DNA of 55,931 nt from a virus (Duplodnaviria; Caudoviricetes). A model generated the notes under the pieces. The model was not told where the DNA came from, did not search any database, and worked only from the letters and a program-made list of their open reading frames with translations. The position numbers and the translations under genes are program-made. Of the stretch, positions 46,169 through 55,589 are shown in pieces; position 1 is the first letter of the stretch, and each line of letters starts with the position of its first letter. Location of the stretch: positions 1 through 55,931 of the IMG/VR virus record IMGVR_UViG_3300016476_000183; one strand, 5' to 3'.

Positions 46169-47083
46169 TTAGTCGTCGAGCATACTCAGCACATCGTCGA
46201 GCGAAGCATCGGCTTCTTCAAGGATGCGCTTCATGTCAGGCTTCTTAGCCTTCGGCTTGGGCTGCTCTTCTTCGAACTCAGCGTCCTGTTCCACCACCTT
46301 GGCGGGGGCGGGCTTGGAGACGTGCTTGGGTGGGGGAGGCAGTTCGTCCACACCGTTGTCGATATGGATGTCAGCCTCTACACCAGTGATGCGATTAACA
46401 ACGTCCAGCTTGGCAGCGGTCTGAATGGTTTCAAGCTCTGCCTCGTCGAGCCAGCGAACTGCGCGGAACTTCATCTTCTGGTACGCAACTTCGGGATCGA
46501 ACCCGATCTTGGTAACGACCGCAGAGTACGGAGCCTTGCGGCGGTTCAGCATCTCAGCGTACTGGGAGAGTTCCTTAAGCGAGGCTGCCGGAATACGGAG
46601 CAGCATCGGCTTACTCAGATCACCGGAGGGTGCCACCGCAATACGGCGCAGGTCGGCGCACGACTTGCCCTTGGAGCCGTTCTCAGTGATGCGCGAACCC
46701 CATGCGTTGTGAGGGCAGACAGCGCACTTGTTTGCCTGCGGCTCAGTAGCATCCGATGCCGGACCGACACCATCGTTGGAGTAGCAGGTCGGCTTAGCCG
46801 TGGAACCTTCTTCGTACCCACCTTCGTAGTAAATCTTCGACAGGTTCGGGTTGGACTTCAGGATAACGACTTCGATAGACGAACGAGGGTCGCCATCTTC
46901 GTTGGTGATGAGAGTGCGGTTGCCGCCCTCGACCACGTGCCAGCGGTTGCCCTTGTAAGAGATGACCGGATAGCCACCAGCGACAACACCCGATGCCAGA
47001 TCGTTGTTGCTTTCAATCCCACCAAAGCTCTCGCGGATGTGGGCCGGGACTGCGCCCGAATCAAACGGAATGATGTTGCTCAT
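46169..47083 (-). CDS. putative ssDNA-binding/recombination protein
   Basis: KIYYEGGY, PTCYS.DG, C..CP.N.WGS, LRIPAASLK, acidic C-terminus. Confidence 0.65.
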   Translation of the reverse strand: MSNIIPFDSGAVPAHIRESFGGIESNNDLASGVVAGGYPVISYKGNRWHVVEGGNRTLITNEDGDPRSSIEVVILKSNPNLSKIYYEGGYEEGSTAKPTCYSNDGVGPASDATEPQANKCAVCPHNAWGSRITENGSKGKSCADLRRIAVAPSGDLSKPMLLRIPAASLKELSQYAEMLNRRKAPYSAVVTKIGFDPEVAYQKMKFRAVRWLDEAELETIQTAAKLDVVNRITGVEADIHIDNGVDELPPPPKHVSKPAPAKVVEQDAEFEEEQPKPKAKKPDMKRILEEADASLDDVLSMLDD

Positions 47084-47095
47084 ACTGAATACTCC

Positions 47096-47470
47096 TCAGC
47101 TACGACGAACGTTGACGACCACTTCTTCACGCCAGTTGATACCGGGGGGCAGGTCGCCGTGCTCCTCCTTGTATTGTTCAACCGCTTGCTTGCTCACGCG
47201 CCGCTCCAGCATGTTCCACAGGTCGTGGGTCTGGATAAAGTTCAGCACGTAATCCCAATCAGCAACAGTGGCCGAGGTACGGTTGGACTTGTACACAGTA
47301 CCGCTCTTGCAGCGAGCAGACTCCATACCATTTTCTTCCAACTGCACTAGCAGCACAGCCTCTACCTTGTCCAAGGTCTCGTCGATCTTGGCGATCTTGG
47401 CTTTGTGCGCTGCAACGATCTCTGCCTTCTTGTCGCGGATCGCGATATACTTTTCGATCAGTTCTTCCAT
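47096..47470 (-). CDS. conserved replication-module protein
   Basis: LIEKYIAIRD...LERRVS...LPPG.N; GAGGAG RBS, ATG 47470. Confidence 0.75.
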   Translation of the reverse strand: MEELIEKYIAIRDKKAEIVAAHKAKIAKIDETLDKVEAVLLVQLEENGMESARCKSGTVYKSNRTSATVADWDYVLNFIQTHDLWNMLERRVSKQAVEQYKEEHGDLPPGINWREEVVVNVRRS

Positions 47471-47498
47471 GGTGGTCTCCTCTGTTGTTGTGTTGCTA

Positions 47499-47527
47499 TA
47501 ACTACACTGTGCCATGTGTTATGTCAA
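47499..47527 (-). promoter_or_regulatory. sigma70-type promoter
   Basis: TTGACATAACACA as at 3238; 17 nt to TAGTTA. Confidence 0.6.
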
Positions 47528-47535
47528 GCGAGGCT

Positions 47536-49074
47536 TCACCCTTGTAGGATTTCCAGAAGAAGTCCTTGAATTTGCCGCTTATTCCGTAGGCGCTCGTAAA
47601 CCCTGCGCTCAACGGGGGTGCCTTCGATGTGGACAATGAACTGCGTGTTCTTCTGTCCGGGCCGGGTGACACGTGCGTTTGCCTGCTCGTACTGTTCCGC
47701 TGATACAGGCGGTCCGAACCACACGATTGTGTTGGCAGCAGTGAGCGTCAGCCCGTGGGACAGAGTGCCGGGATTGGCCACCAGTACCCGCATGTCCTTA
47801 CCTGTCTGAAACTCAGAGAAGATATCGTCACGCGCAGACTTCGGAGTACCACCGTGGATCACCCCAGTGTGCCAGTGCTTACGCAGTTCAGTGGCTACCT
47901 GCTCCAGTGCTGCCGTGAACGGCACGAACACCAGCGTCTTGCTGTCCGCCTGCTCAATCACGTCGATGACTTCTTGGATACGTGCTGAGATGTCCAGAGT
48001 AACCGGCTGACCCTTGCCATCGTAGGCCGCACCGCAACATATTTGCAGCAGCTTGGACAGCTTGACCGCCTCATTGACAGCCATCACCTCATTGTTGTCC
48101 ATCTCGAACTTCAACCGGCTGAGCATGTCCTTGTATGCTGTGCTCTGCTCCTTGGACAGCGGCACGTCCCGTGACTGATAGATGCACGGGGGTAGGTCAA
48201 CGCACTGGTCGCGGGTGAACCGGATGCTAGGCTGCATGGCCTGAGCCACTACGTCCGTGGCGTTCTCGCGAGGCATCCACTTGAACTGACTGATCTGCTT
48301 CATCACACTGTCGCGGAACTTACCGAAGTAGGGCGGCACGTTCTCAGGGCAAACCAACCGGCACTGCGCCCACGCATCAGTGGGGGCATTTGGTGTAGGT
48401 GTACCTGTCAAACCCCATACATACTTACGACCGTCGATCACTTTGCGCAGGGCTTTCCACCGGCTGGTCGATGCGTTCCGGAAGCTGGCGATCTCGTCTA
48501 CCACAATTGTGGTAATGTCTGTCCGCGCAGCAAGCTCCTTCTCCATCACCTTCACACCGTCATGGTTGATGAGGTAGATGTCCGCCTCCATCGCCAACAT
48601 CTTTTGACGACGAGCCTTTGCCCCATACAGCACAGACACGGTGAGATGTGGGAAGTGACGGAATACTTCGTCAGCCCAAGTACGCTCCAGTGTGGAGAGC
48701 GGAGACACAACCAGCATCTTGGATGCCATGCCCTGCTTGCGCAGGTAGTCGAATGCCCAGAGTACGGAGAGGGTCTTGCCTGTACCCATGTCGTTCAGGA
48801 CAAACGCACGATCATTGAACGTCAGAAACTCAGTGGTCTCTAGCTGCGCATGGAACGGGTTGTTCTGACCCGACCACTGGTAGTGGTACTTGATCGGAGA
48901 GGGTGCCTGTATACCCATGCCACGCAGCACACGGGTGTTATGTAGATCGTGCGGCACAGCCAGCAACTCATGGCCCTTGTACTCGAAGGACTTGGCTGCT
49001 GGTATGACTGTCTGGATGTGCTGTGGATCGCGCACATTGAGCACGATCTTCTGCTTGGTCTTGGAGATCAACAT
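47536..49074 (-). CDS. SNF2-family helicase
   Basis: DMGTGKT, VVDE, LTGTP, HGLTLT.A, EQA.AR..RPGQ. Confidence 0.92.
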   Translation of the reverse strand: MLISKTKQKIVLNVRDPQHIQTVIPAAKSFEYKGHELLAVPHDLHNTRVLRGMGIQAPSPIKYHYQWSGQNNPFHAQLETTEFLTFNDRAFVLNDMGTGKTLSVLWAFDYLRKQGMASKMLVVSPLSTLERTWADEVFRHFPHLTVSVLYGAKARRQKMLAMEADIYLINHDGVKVMEKELAARTDITTIVVDEIASFRNASTSRWKALRKVIDGRKYVWGLTGTPTPNAPTDAWAQCRLVCPENVPPYFGKFRDSVMKQISQFKWMPRENATDVVAQAMQPSIRFTRDQCVDLPPCIYQSRDVPLSKEQSTAYKDMLSRLKFEMDNNEVMAVNEAVKLSKLLQICCGAAYDGKGQPVTLDISARIQEVIDVIEQADSKTLVFVPFTAALEQVATELRKHWHTGVIHGGTPKSARDDIFSEFQTGKDMRVLVANPGTLSHGLTLTAANTIVWFGPPVSAEQYEQANARVTRPGQKNTQFIVHIEGTPVERRVYERLRNKRQIQGLLLEILQG

Positions 49075-49325
49075 AGTGACATCGCCACCTTAACGCGAAC
49101 GAGGTCTAGCTCGTCCTGCGGAATATCTAGCCCATCGAACTCGCAGTCAAACTCATGGCGATACTGTAGTCCGTTAGCCCCCCGCCACACGATTACAAGA
49201 TTATTGGATTCAACACTCCGGAACACTCCAGCGTGATGCTCATGTGGGCGCTTGTCCAGACCAATAGCTCGACATAGCTTCGCCAGTCGCTTAGCCATCG
49301 TTACTTCCCACATACAGACTTCCAC
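49068..49325 (-). CDS. hypothetical protein
   Basis: Operon ORF; start uncertain. Confidence 0.5.
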   Translation of the reverse strand: MEVCMWEVTMAKRLAKLCRAIGLDKRPHEHHAGVFRSVESNNLVIVWRGANGLQYRHEFDCEFDGLDIPQDELDLVRVKVAMSLC

Positions 49326-49489
49326 GCAGCGTTGTGCTCAACTACTTGCTTGGCTGTCTCCAACGTATCTTGCTTGGACCACGTGATGGGTTTGAAAATG
49401 GTGCAAGAACCAACGGTGTTAATCCCTGCGGAACCCGTCGTCTGGCAGCCCGTCAGTAGAAACGACATCAGCAACAGCACTGCGCACAT
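49301..49489 (-). CDS. putative o-spanin (lipoprotein)
   Basis: Signal MCAVLLLMSFL plus lipobox LTGC; C..F.PI.WS..DT...HNA.W..C; overlaps the i-spanin. Confidence 0.75.
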   Translation of the reverse strand: MCAVLLLMSFLLTGCQTTGSAGINTVGSCTIFKPITWSKQDTLETAKQVVEHNAAWKSVCGK

Positions 49490-49646
49490 CGTCGCGAGCT
49501 TCACTGGCTTTGTTGATTGCATCGACTGTCTCCTTGGTTTGCTCGGCTATAGCCTCTGCCCTCCCCGCCCGAAGAAGTCTTTCCTGCTGGAATATCTCAG
49601 CAAACTTTTGGAAGAGGGTGAAAAGGGAAGAGAGTATCTTAAGCAT
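49419..49646 (-). CDS. putative i-spanin
   Basis: N-terminal hydrophobic segment, helical, ends DDGFRRD, overlaps the lipoprotein gene. Confidence 0.65.
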   Translation of the reverse strand: MLKILSSLFTLFQKFAEIFQQERLLRAGRAEAIAEQTKETVDAINKASEARDDVRSAVADVVSTDGLPDDGFRRD

Positions 49647-49947
49647 TTACTAGCCCGTGGTACAGCAAATAATCCATCACGGTCTGCACGTCACTGGCCA
49701 CGAAGGCCAGACCATCTGCTTCCCTGATCTTGTCGATGGTTGCTTGCTGGTTTGGTGTTACGTTACCCTCCTTGCCCGGAGCCTTGGTCTCGATAGCAAC
49801 GAAGCGACCGTTGATTACTGCAATGATGTCAGGGATACCAACAACACCCATCCCGTTCTGGACCGGCATATAAAACCAGCAGTCAGGGAGGGTCTTGAGG
49901 TAGACCTTGATCTTGGCTTTGACTTTGCCCTCAGGTGTCTGTGCCAT
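49639..49947 (-). CDS. VRR-NUC nuclease (resolvase-like)
   Basis: TPEGKVK, GIPDII, IETKAPG, T..Q. Confidence 0.9.
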   Translation of the reverse strand: MAQTPEGKVKAKIKVYLKTLPDCWFYMPVQNGMGVVGIPDIIAVINGRFVAIETKAPGKEGNVTPNQQATIDKIREADGLAFVASDVQTVMDYLLYHGLVNA

Positions 49948-50213
49948 TACGCAATAAACTCCACGTAGTGGAACATGCTCTTCAGGTGCTCGAAGTCCTT
50001 GGCCCGAACGTGGAGCATGATCGGCTTCTCTAGTGGATCGAGGCGGCGATTGGCAGCGCAGTACGCTACGTAACTGATCTCACCGTTTTCTTGGTGAGAC
50101 TCCACCTGCCACTGGGACAGAGTGATGTTGGTCATGTCGGTATGCAGGACCTTCTGCGCAATCTCTTGCGTATTGTTCCGGATCATATCGACAGGGTTTT
50201 CTACCAAGATCAT
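49947..50213 (-). CDS. hypothetical protein
   Basis: GGAG RBS, TAATG overlap. Confidence 0.6.
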   Translation of the reverse strand: MILVENPVDMIRNNTQEIAQKVLHTDMTNITLSQWQVESHQENGEISYVAYCAANRRLDPLEKPIMLHVRAKDFEHLKSMFHYVEFIA

Positions 50214-50214
50214 G

Positions 50215-50886
50215 TTACTCTCCGCAGTGCTCGCACAACTTCTTGCCCACCGGACACCACTTGCGGCACAGACCCGACGGACGGGCGGGCCACTTGTTAT
50301 CAGCCATGGCTGACTCCAGCCGGTTCACGCGAGGGGTGAACTCCTGCCAGATTTTGGGGATGTCCTCGCGAGTAAAGACCTCGTGGGTGATCGAGCCAGT
50401 CTTAAGCCACACGAATGCGTTGATGACTGTGTTGATGTAGGGCTTCTGGTGCATGGTCATGGCGGCAGTCAGCATAAGCTGCGCGCTACCCGGTGTAGGT
50501 TTACCAGTCTTCCAGTCACCGATGAACACCTTGTCACCCTTGGTGATGGTGAAGTCGGTGATGCCACGAACCCATACGTCCTTACCGAACCATGTGGTGG
50601 GAGTGAACGACTTGGTGAGGGCCATCTTCTGCTCGGCTTCCAGCTTGCCGCCCTTGGCCTTCTCCGCAACAGATGCGGCGATAGGCTCAAACATCTCCAT
50701 GCTTTCCGGGAGCGGTGCTGCTTTGACCAGCCGGTGTTCAAGCGCCTTGTGGACCTTGTTACCCCACAGCGTTGCCTCGGTCTGTGGCTCGGAAACTTCC
50801 TTGGACACTTTGGTGAGATAGTAGCGACGAGGGCATGTCTCGAACGCAGTGAGCGAGGAGTAGGACCACGCGAGGGGTTTATTCAT
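50215..50886 (-). CDS. PD-(D/E)XK Cas4/RecB-like exonuclease
   Basis: WSYSSL..F..CPR, G...H, DWKTG, QL, C..CP...C. Confidence 0.88.
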   Translation of the reverse strand: MNKPLAWSYSSLTAFETCPRRYYLTKVSKEVSEPQTEATLWGNKVHKALEHRLVKAAPLPESMEMFEPIAASVAEKAKGGKLEAEQKMALTKSFTPTTWFGKDVWVRGITDFTITKGDKVFIGDWKTGKPTPGSAQLMLTAAMTMHQKPYINTVINAFVWLKTGSITHEVFTREDIPKIWQEFTPRVNRLESAMADNKWPARPSGLCRKWCPVGKKLCEHCGE

Positions 50887-50895
50887 GGGAGTTCC

Positions 50896-51207
50896 TTAAA
50901 CGCAGCGCTCAGTCAGAGCGAGGTAGCCGATAGCATCCACCACGTTATCGTCGTGGGACTGGTCGTTAGCAGCGCGGGCTGTCTTGAGAAGGTTCATCAT
51001 CCAGCACACGTCCTTGGCGTTAAGCTCCACGGGCAGGCTACGCATGTTCATGCGACCCTCAAGATATGCTGACCACATCTTGGCGATGATCTTCAGGTTC
51101 TTGTCCGGTGAACCATAAGTCTTTTCCCGGTCGCCATAGATAATCTCTTTGGCCTCATCCAGTGCGGTCTTGGAAAACTCCGGAAACAGTTCGAGTTGTT
51201 CTGCCAT
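50896..51207 (-). CDS. DUF6378-like helical protein
   Basis: GDR..YG.P..N...IA..WS.YL...MM.LLK.AR...D...D..GY. Confidence 0.75.
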   Translation of the reverse strand: MAEQLELFPEFSKTALDEAKEIIYGDREKTYGSPDKNLKIIAKMWSAYLEGRMNMRSLPVELNAKDVCWMMNLLKTARAANDQSHDDNVVDAIGYLALTERCV

Positions 51208-51257
51208 ACTTGCCTCCTAGTAGGTAGTCGAAGGTGTAACCATTGCAACGTAAAGTG

Positions 51258-51515
51258 TCAACGCTGCTCGATCTTGCGGTTCACAAGGGCCAGCAAGATG
51301 GTCTCAGTTAGCTGTTCTTCGTTGGCAGCCACGTAGTGCTTCTCACGCTGATCGTAATTGCCGTTGTTTACAGTGACGACGTACCCGTTCGAGGCACAAG
51401 TAACCCGAATATCTGTAGGGTAGTAAGGACGATCTGGCCTATTAGTTACATCGAAGTCTTCCGTCCCACGAGCGCCTAACAGGGTGGTTACTTTTCTAAT
51501 AATTCCCATGGTCAC
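51258..51515 (-). CDS. hypothetical protein
   Basis: AGGAG RBS; ASNGYVV motif. Confidence 0.6.
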   Translation of the reverse strand: MTMGIIRKVTTLLGARGTEDFDVTNRPDRPYYPTDIRVTCASNGYVVTVNNGNYDQREKHYVAANEEQLTETILLALVNRKIEQR

Positions 51516-51835
51516 ATTCTCCTTCTGTACATAGACATGTAGTTGCGCATGTAATTCCTGCGCTCGGCTTTCTGTCTAATCTTTTTCTCGCCTAGCTTAG
51601 CCTTATAGATGGCCTTGCGCATGGCGTTTACCTTCTGTCTAATTAGTCTCCAGTCCTCAGCATCTTCTATGTAGGGGATGAAGTCTACTACAGAGTCGTC
51701 TAGCAGAGACGTATCGCCGTAGCCTTTCCGGTGGTACCACGAGATGTGGGATGATATCACTTTCCAGTCGTGGCCCGGTAGCTCGGCTAGGTATTCAATC
51801 AGGTCTGCTTCAGTCGTCGAAAGAGAGCGTGTCAA
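51512..51835 (-). CDS. hypothetical protein with basic C-terminus
   Basis: GGAGG-TTG start proposed at 51835; RRNYMRNYM tail. Confidence 0.55.
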   Translation of the reverse strand: MTRSLSTTEADLIEYLAELPGHDWKVISSHISWYHRKGYGDTSLLDDSVVDFIPYIEDAEDWRLIRQKVNAMRKAIYKAKLGEKKIRQKAERRNYMRNYMSMYRRRM

Positions 51836-52241
51836 TTCCGCCTCCGCAATAGATGTCGTACATGCAGGCAACCTCTACAGCCGTGACTGCATCGGCCCCC
51901 ATAGTCATAGCACCCAAAGCGAAGTCGCGACCAGAGCCTTCGGCAAATACTTTGTCCAGATACCTGATACCGAAGGGGGAGTTCTCAAACTTAACGATGG
52001 TTCCGTTGCGGTTTATCACCCAGACAGCGGTGTTGTCGTCGGTCTCTGAATGAGGGAACTTGTCAGGATGTGCTCCAGCCAGAATCCACTCACGAACTGC
52101 CTGCGTCGAAGTCTGAGTTCCGGTACCAGCAATCAGCACATCGCCGTGCCTACTGATCTTGGTCATCGTTCGACGCAGGTTTGAGTTCGTAGCCTGACGA
52201 TCAGCAGCCAGTGTCGTGCCGTCCCAGACTACCACGCTCAC
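51810..52241 (-). CDS. Ntn-hydrolase (proteasome/HslV-like) protein
   Basis: DG.TLAAD, KI, AG.G, GSG..FALGAM..GA.A..AV..A..YD..CGG. Confidence 0.75.
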   Translation of the reverse strand: MSVVVWDGTTLAADRQATNSNLRRTMTKISRHGDVLIAGTGTQTSTQAVREWILAGAHPDKFPHSETDDNTAVWVINRNGTIVKFENSPFGIRYLDKVFAEGSGRDFALGAMTMGADAVTAVEVACMYDIYCGGGIDTLSFDD

Positions 52242-52432
52242 TTGGAGTACTTCTCCACAAGCTGGCCCAGTGCGCTGGAGACGAAGTGATCTTCTTTCAT
52301 ATAGTCCTCAGCCCAGTAGCCCTTGTTGGCGTTCAGGAACTTGACCATGTTTACCAGATCAATCAGCGCCTGTTCGGTCAGGTCCTGCTCAGCATCAACT
52401 GCCTTGATCGTCTTGCGCTTAACGCCCGTCAT
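52238..52432 (-). CDS. hypothetical protein
   Basis: ATGA/GTGA overlaps, GGAG RBS. Confidence 0.55.
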   Translation of the reverse strand: MTGVKRKTIKAVDAEQDLTEQALIDLVNMVKFLNANKGYWAEDYMKEDHFVSSALGQLVEKYSK

Positions 52433-54330
52433 ATCTCCAACTCCTTAAGTTGACCCCAAGATTTCCCGGTCTTCGCATCCACGGGGAACTGGATGGGAAG
52501 GTTCACACCCCACGCCTGCTTGTACGGCAGGTTGGACAGTGTGTGATGGATGTCATGTACCGCCTTGTCTGCGTACCTGTCGGGTATAATTACAAACAAA
52601 CCGTCATGAAGCTCGAAGTAGAACCTGCCCTCGTACTTGGGTAGCAAGTTCTTCAGGACAGCCAGAGCAAGATACTTCTGGTCCGCACCTGAACCTTGGA
52701 TCGGGAAGTTGATCGCGGTGGACGTGGCCTTCCACGAGTTGTCGATCTCCACGTATGTGGTAGGGTCATCCTTGGCTGGCACCAACCGGAACCACTGATC
52801 CTCGTATCCGACATGGATACGCCGACCAACCACAGTCTCAACCCACCCTGTTTCCTTCGCGGCCCTGATCTGGTTCTTCCAGTACTGCGATACACGAGGG
52901 TATGATGTGATGTACGTGCCGTGGATAATCTCAGCTTCTTTCTGAGTCAGGGTCAGGCCGTACTGCACACGCGCAACCGTAACCAAAGTCTTGGCTGACG
53001 TGCGGTACTGAAGTGACAGGTTCGCGACCTTGCCTAGCTGACGCTTGTCCTTGTACCCTGCGACATGCTGCTCGTATAGCTGACAGAACTTGCGGTAGTC
53101 TTCCTTGGAAACACGGGACCCCATGTATGCGTGGGCATCCTCACCCGGCATACACAGTTGAAGCATCTGCTCGTCACCTGACTGCACTGCCATCCATCTG
53201 AACTCCTGCCCAGAGAAGTCGAACTCCATCAGGGTGTACCCGTCAGGCACTGTGATGATGTCACGGAAGTCTGCTGCTCGCTTCCACTGGTGGAGTGCGA
53301 TACCTGACTGCCGCTCAGACTTACCCCGTCCCACCTTGGATGAGTAGGTCATGCGTCCGGTGTAGGTGCCGAACACTCGTGGTTGAGGACGTGCGATGTT
53401 GTCACCGTTATATTCCGCAGAGCGCAGAGCACCCTCGGCAAACTTGGTGCAGTTGTTCTTGGCCTCACGGTGATCGTTGAGCAGCTTGGCTCGCCCATCC
53501 ACTTCTGCCAACTGGGACAGCGCATCTCGGTCGGTTGAGTCCGCACCCTTGGGTGTTTGCTTGGGAGCCTTAAGGCCCCAGTTCTCGTACAGGACCTTGC
53601 GCAACTTGGTGGGTGAGGCGATCACGCTCTCGTCGATATCTTGGTCACAGGTCTGGAGCTTGAGCGTAACCAGTGCCACGTCGGCATCCTCGGTCAGCTT
53701 CTTGCGTAGCTTCTCCGCAGCCTCGACATCAATCGTAACACCTTGCACGAACGACTCAGCCACCATCGGCAAGCATACTGCTTCGAGCAAGGCGCTACGC
53801 TTCTGCTTCTCCGTCATCTCCCCCAGAAACTTCTGGGTCAGAGCATAGGTAAAGCTCGCGTCCTTCTTGTTGTACTCGAACAGCGCAGCCAGTTCTTCTG
53901 GATCATCGGTCTCGAAGTTGATGTCCTGCTCGTACCCTGCCTCGTGTGGTAGGAACTCTGCCACGGCAGCCTTCAGGCTATACGACTTCGGGCCAAGGGT
54001 GGACCACTCGGGCGAGTTGGTAAGATGTTTCCAGAGAAGCATCGCGTCCAGCCACTTGTTGGCATAGACTTCTTCTCGCAAACCCATGGCGATAAGCCAC
54101 GCCATGTCGAACGGAGCGTTCCACGCTACGATGTTGGTCTTAGTTTCAGCGCACTTGTTCAACCACTGGCGAAGCTGGTTTGCGGTGGGCTTCATGTAAC
54201 CCATCGCCCCCTTGTCGTTGGCCATAGCGCACATGGTCAGCCACGCCTCACCGTTTTCCGCACGGGCGGGCTGTAGACCGTAGCCTACATCCACACCCCG
54301 TGTTTCAACGTCGAACGAAATTAATTTCAA
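52429..54330 (-). CDS. polA: DNA polymerase, family A, with 3'-5' exonuclease
   Basis: FDVET, WNAPFD, TYTGR, motif A DFSGQEFR, motif B R..GK..NL...Y, NFPIQGS.AD, motif C LHD. Confidence 0.92.
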   Translation of the reverse strand: MKLISFDVETRGVDVGYGLQPARAENGEAWLTMCAMANDKGAMGYMKPTANQLRQWLNKCAETKTNIVAWNAPFDMAWLIAMGLREEVYANKWLDAMLLWKHLTNSPEWSTLGPKSYSLKAAVAEFLPHEAGYEQDINFETDDPEELAALFEYNKKDASFTYALTQKFLGEMTEKQKRSALLEAVCLPMVAESFVQGVTIDVEAAEKLRKKLTEDADVALVTLKLQTCDQDIDESVIASPTKLRKVLYENWGLKAPKQTPKGADSTDRDALSQLAEVDGRAKLLNDHREAKNNCTKFAEGALRSAEYNGDNIARPQPRVFGTYTGRMTYSSKVGRGKSERQSGIALHQWKRAADFRDIITVPDGYTLMEFDFSGQEFRWMAVQSGDEQMLQLCMPGEDAHAYMGSRVSKEDYRKFCQLYEQHVAGYKDKRQLGKVANLSLQYRTSAKTLVTVARVQYGLTLTQKEAEIIHGTYITSYPRVSQYWKNQIRAAKETGWVETVVGRRIHVGYEDQWFRLVPAKDDPTTYVEIDNSWKATSTAINFPIQGSGADQKYLALAVLKNLLPKYEGRFYFELHDGLFVIIPDRYADKAVHDIHHTLSNLPYKQAWGVNLPIQFPVDAKTGKSWGQLKELEI

Positions 54331-54644
54331 CGGTCGTCTCCGGAACCGGCCAGCACGTTGCGGGCTTTCCGATCTCTTAGCTTGTTTATGTTGTCTGAGG
54401 CAACAGTCTGCAAGTCAATTCCCAGTGCATCGGCACATGCTGCGATGTACCACAGGCAGTCACCTAGTTCGGCAGATGCTGCTGACTTGTTCCACTCAGC
54501 GTCCCGGATTAGCTTCTTCACCTTACCTGCATACTCGCCAGCCTCGGATGCCAGACCAAGCGCGGTATAGTAGAATGCTGTCTTGTCATTGCGGGGATAC
54601 ACGGCGGTATCCATGGCGAGTTTCTGATACTCGGAAAAGTTCAT
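54327..54644 (-). CDS. MazG-like NTP pyrophosphohydrolase
   Basis: LGLASEAGE...ELGDCLWY...N..KL.DR. Confidence 0.9.
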   Translation of the reverse strand: MNFSEYQKLAMDTAVYPRNDKTAFYYTALGLASEAGEYAGKVKKLIRDAEWNKSAASAELGDCLWYIAACADALGIDLQTVASDNINKLRDRKARNVLAGSGDDR

Positions 54645-54826
54645 CGGTTCCTCACGATCTTGATGGTGCCGTCTTTCTTGCGGCAGGAGAAGTGCTTCTC
54701 GGTACGTGCGTTGTAGTTCACCACAGCCCTCCGGATTCTACGCTCGTCACCCGGATCAGTCAGCGGCATGTCTACCGACTCCCCAACTGGGATGTCGTGG
54801 AAATCATATGTCCTCTGGTACGTCAT
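54641..54826 (-). CDS. small hypothetical protein
   Basis: YDF..I.VGES; GGAGG RBS; start reassigned to 54826. Confidence 0.6.
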   Translation of the reverse strand: MTYQRTYDFHDIPVGESVDMPLTDPGDERRIRRAVVNYNARTEKHFSCRKKDGTIKIVRNR

Positions 54827-55073
54827 TCTCTTCCTCCGGTAATACTTCCACAGTGACTTGGCAGCGCCAGCCGTCTGAGAACTTAACGCTTCGCTCAATA
54901 CGCTGGATGCCATCTTGTGCGGACAGGTCTGCACACAGGTTCAACAAGATGTCGTTGGTGACATCTTTAATCGGATTAATTGGGTGGCGGTATTTCTCGT
55001 GCGTCAACCAGATCGAACCGTCCTCAGGCTTGGTCCGCAGGTGGAAGTGTTTGGGGTTTAGGACAACCTTCAT
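54804..55073 (-). CDS. hypothetical protein
   Basis: ATGA overlap with the glutaredoxin gene. Confidence 0.6.
   Translation of the reverse strand: MKVVLNPKHFHLRTKPEDGSIWLTHEKYRHPINPIKDVTNDILLNLCADLSAQDGIQRIERSVKFSDGWRCQVTVEVLPEEENDVPEDI
54966..54979. repeat. palindromic motif copy 10 (intragenic)
   Basis: TTTAATCGGATTAA. Confidence 0.9.
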
Positions 55074-55282
55074 GCGAGCATGTCCTGAAGTTCCGTAAAG
55101 CCACCGACTGTACGCAGCACCAGTGGGAATGTGTTGCGGCCAACAGCACCTAGCAGCATCGCTACCTCAGGGTTGTCAGCGCAGTTCACCTCGACATAGG
55201 TAAGACCTGATTCCGTGAGCTTGGCTTTTGCCTTCTCGCAGTACGGGCAGTTGTCGATGGATAGGATGATGTAATCAGGCAT
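55070..55282 (-). CDS. glutaredoxin
   Basis: CPYC, TFP, VGGF..L. Confidence 0.9.
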   Translation of the reverse strand: MPDYIILSIDNCPYCEKAKAKLTESGLTYVEVNCADNPEVAMLLGAVGRNTFPLVLRTVGGFTELQDMLA

Positions 55283-55499
55283 TGGTATCTCCAGTATCTT
55301 TCAAGAGGTGGGTTGGCGGTATGCCAAGAACGTCGGCAAGGGACTCAACAAACTGAAGGGTGGGGTTTGTTTTGCACCCTGACATAACCTTCCTGACATA
55401 AGCATAGTTGTACCCCGCCTTATGGCTTATAGCCTTGGTAGGTAGGGGGTGTGCCTTTATCGCGGCGCGCAGGTTCTGTCGAAATGTTTTAGCAAGCAT
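55275..55499 (-). CDS. XRE-like helix-turn-helix protein
   Basis: ISHKAG....V..V..G..NPTL...LADVLGI. Confidence 0.75.
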   Translation of the reverse strand: MLAKTFRQNLRAAIKAHPLPTKAISHKAGYNYAYVRKVMSGCKTNPTLQFVESLADVLGIPPTHLLKDTGDTNA

Positions 55500-55502
55500 G
55501 TG

Positions 55503-55589
55503 TTAGAACCTGATGTCGTCGTCGGCCCAGTCGATTAGCTCGAAGCCGAAGTTGTCCCAGAGCCAGTTGCGTAGATCAACCAGCCACAT
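55503..55589 (-). CDS. possible 28-aa peptide
   Basis: [36 protein letters not shown]. Confidence 0.4.
   Translation of the reverse strand: MWLVDLRNWLWDNFGFELIDWADDDIRF

Noticed and set aside
50215..50886. Cas4 of a CRISPR system
   Set aside because: Stand-alone Cas4-like exonucleases are common in phage replication modules; no cas1/cas2 or array
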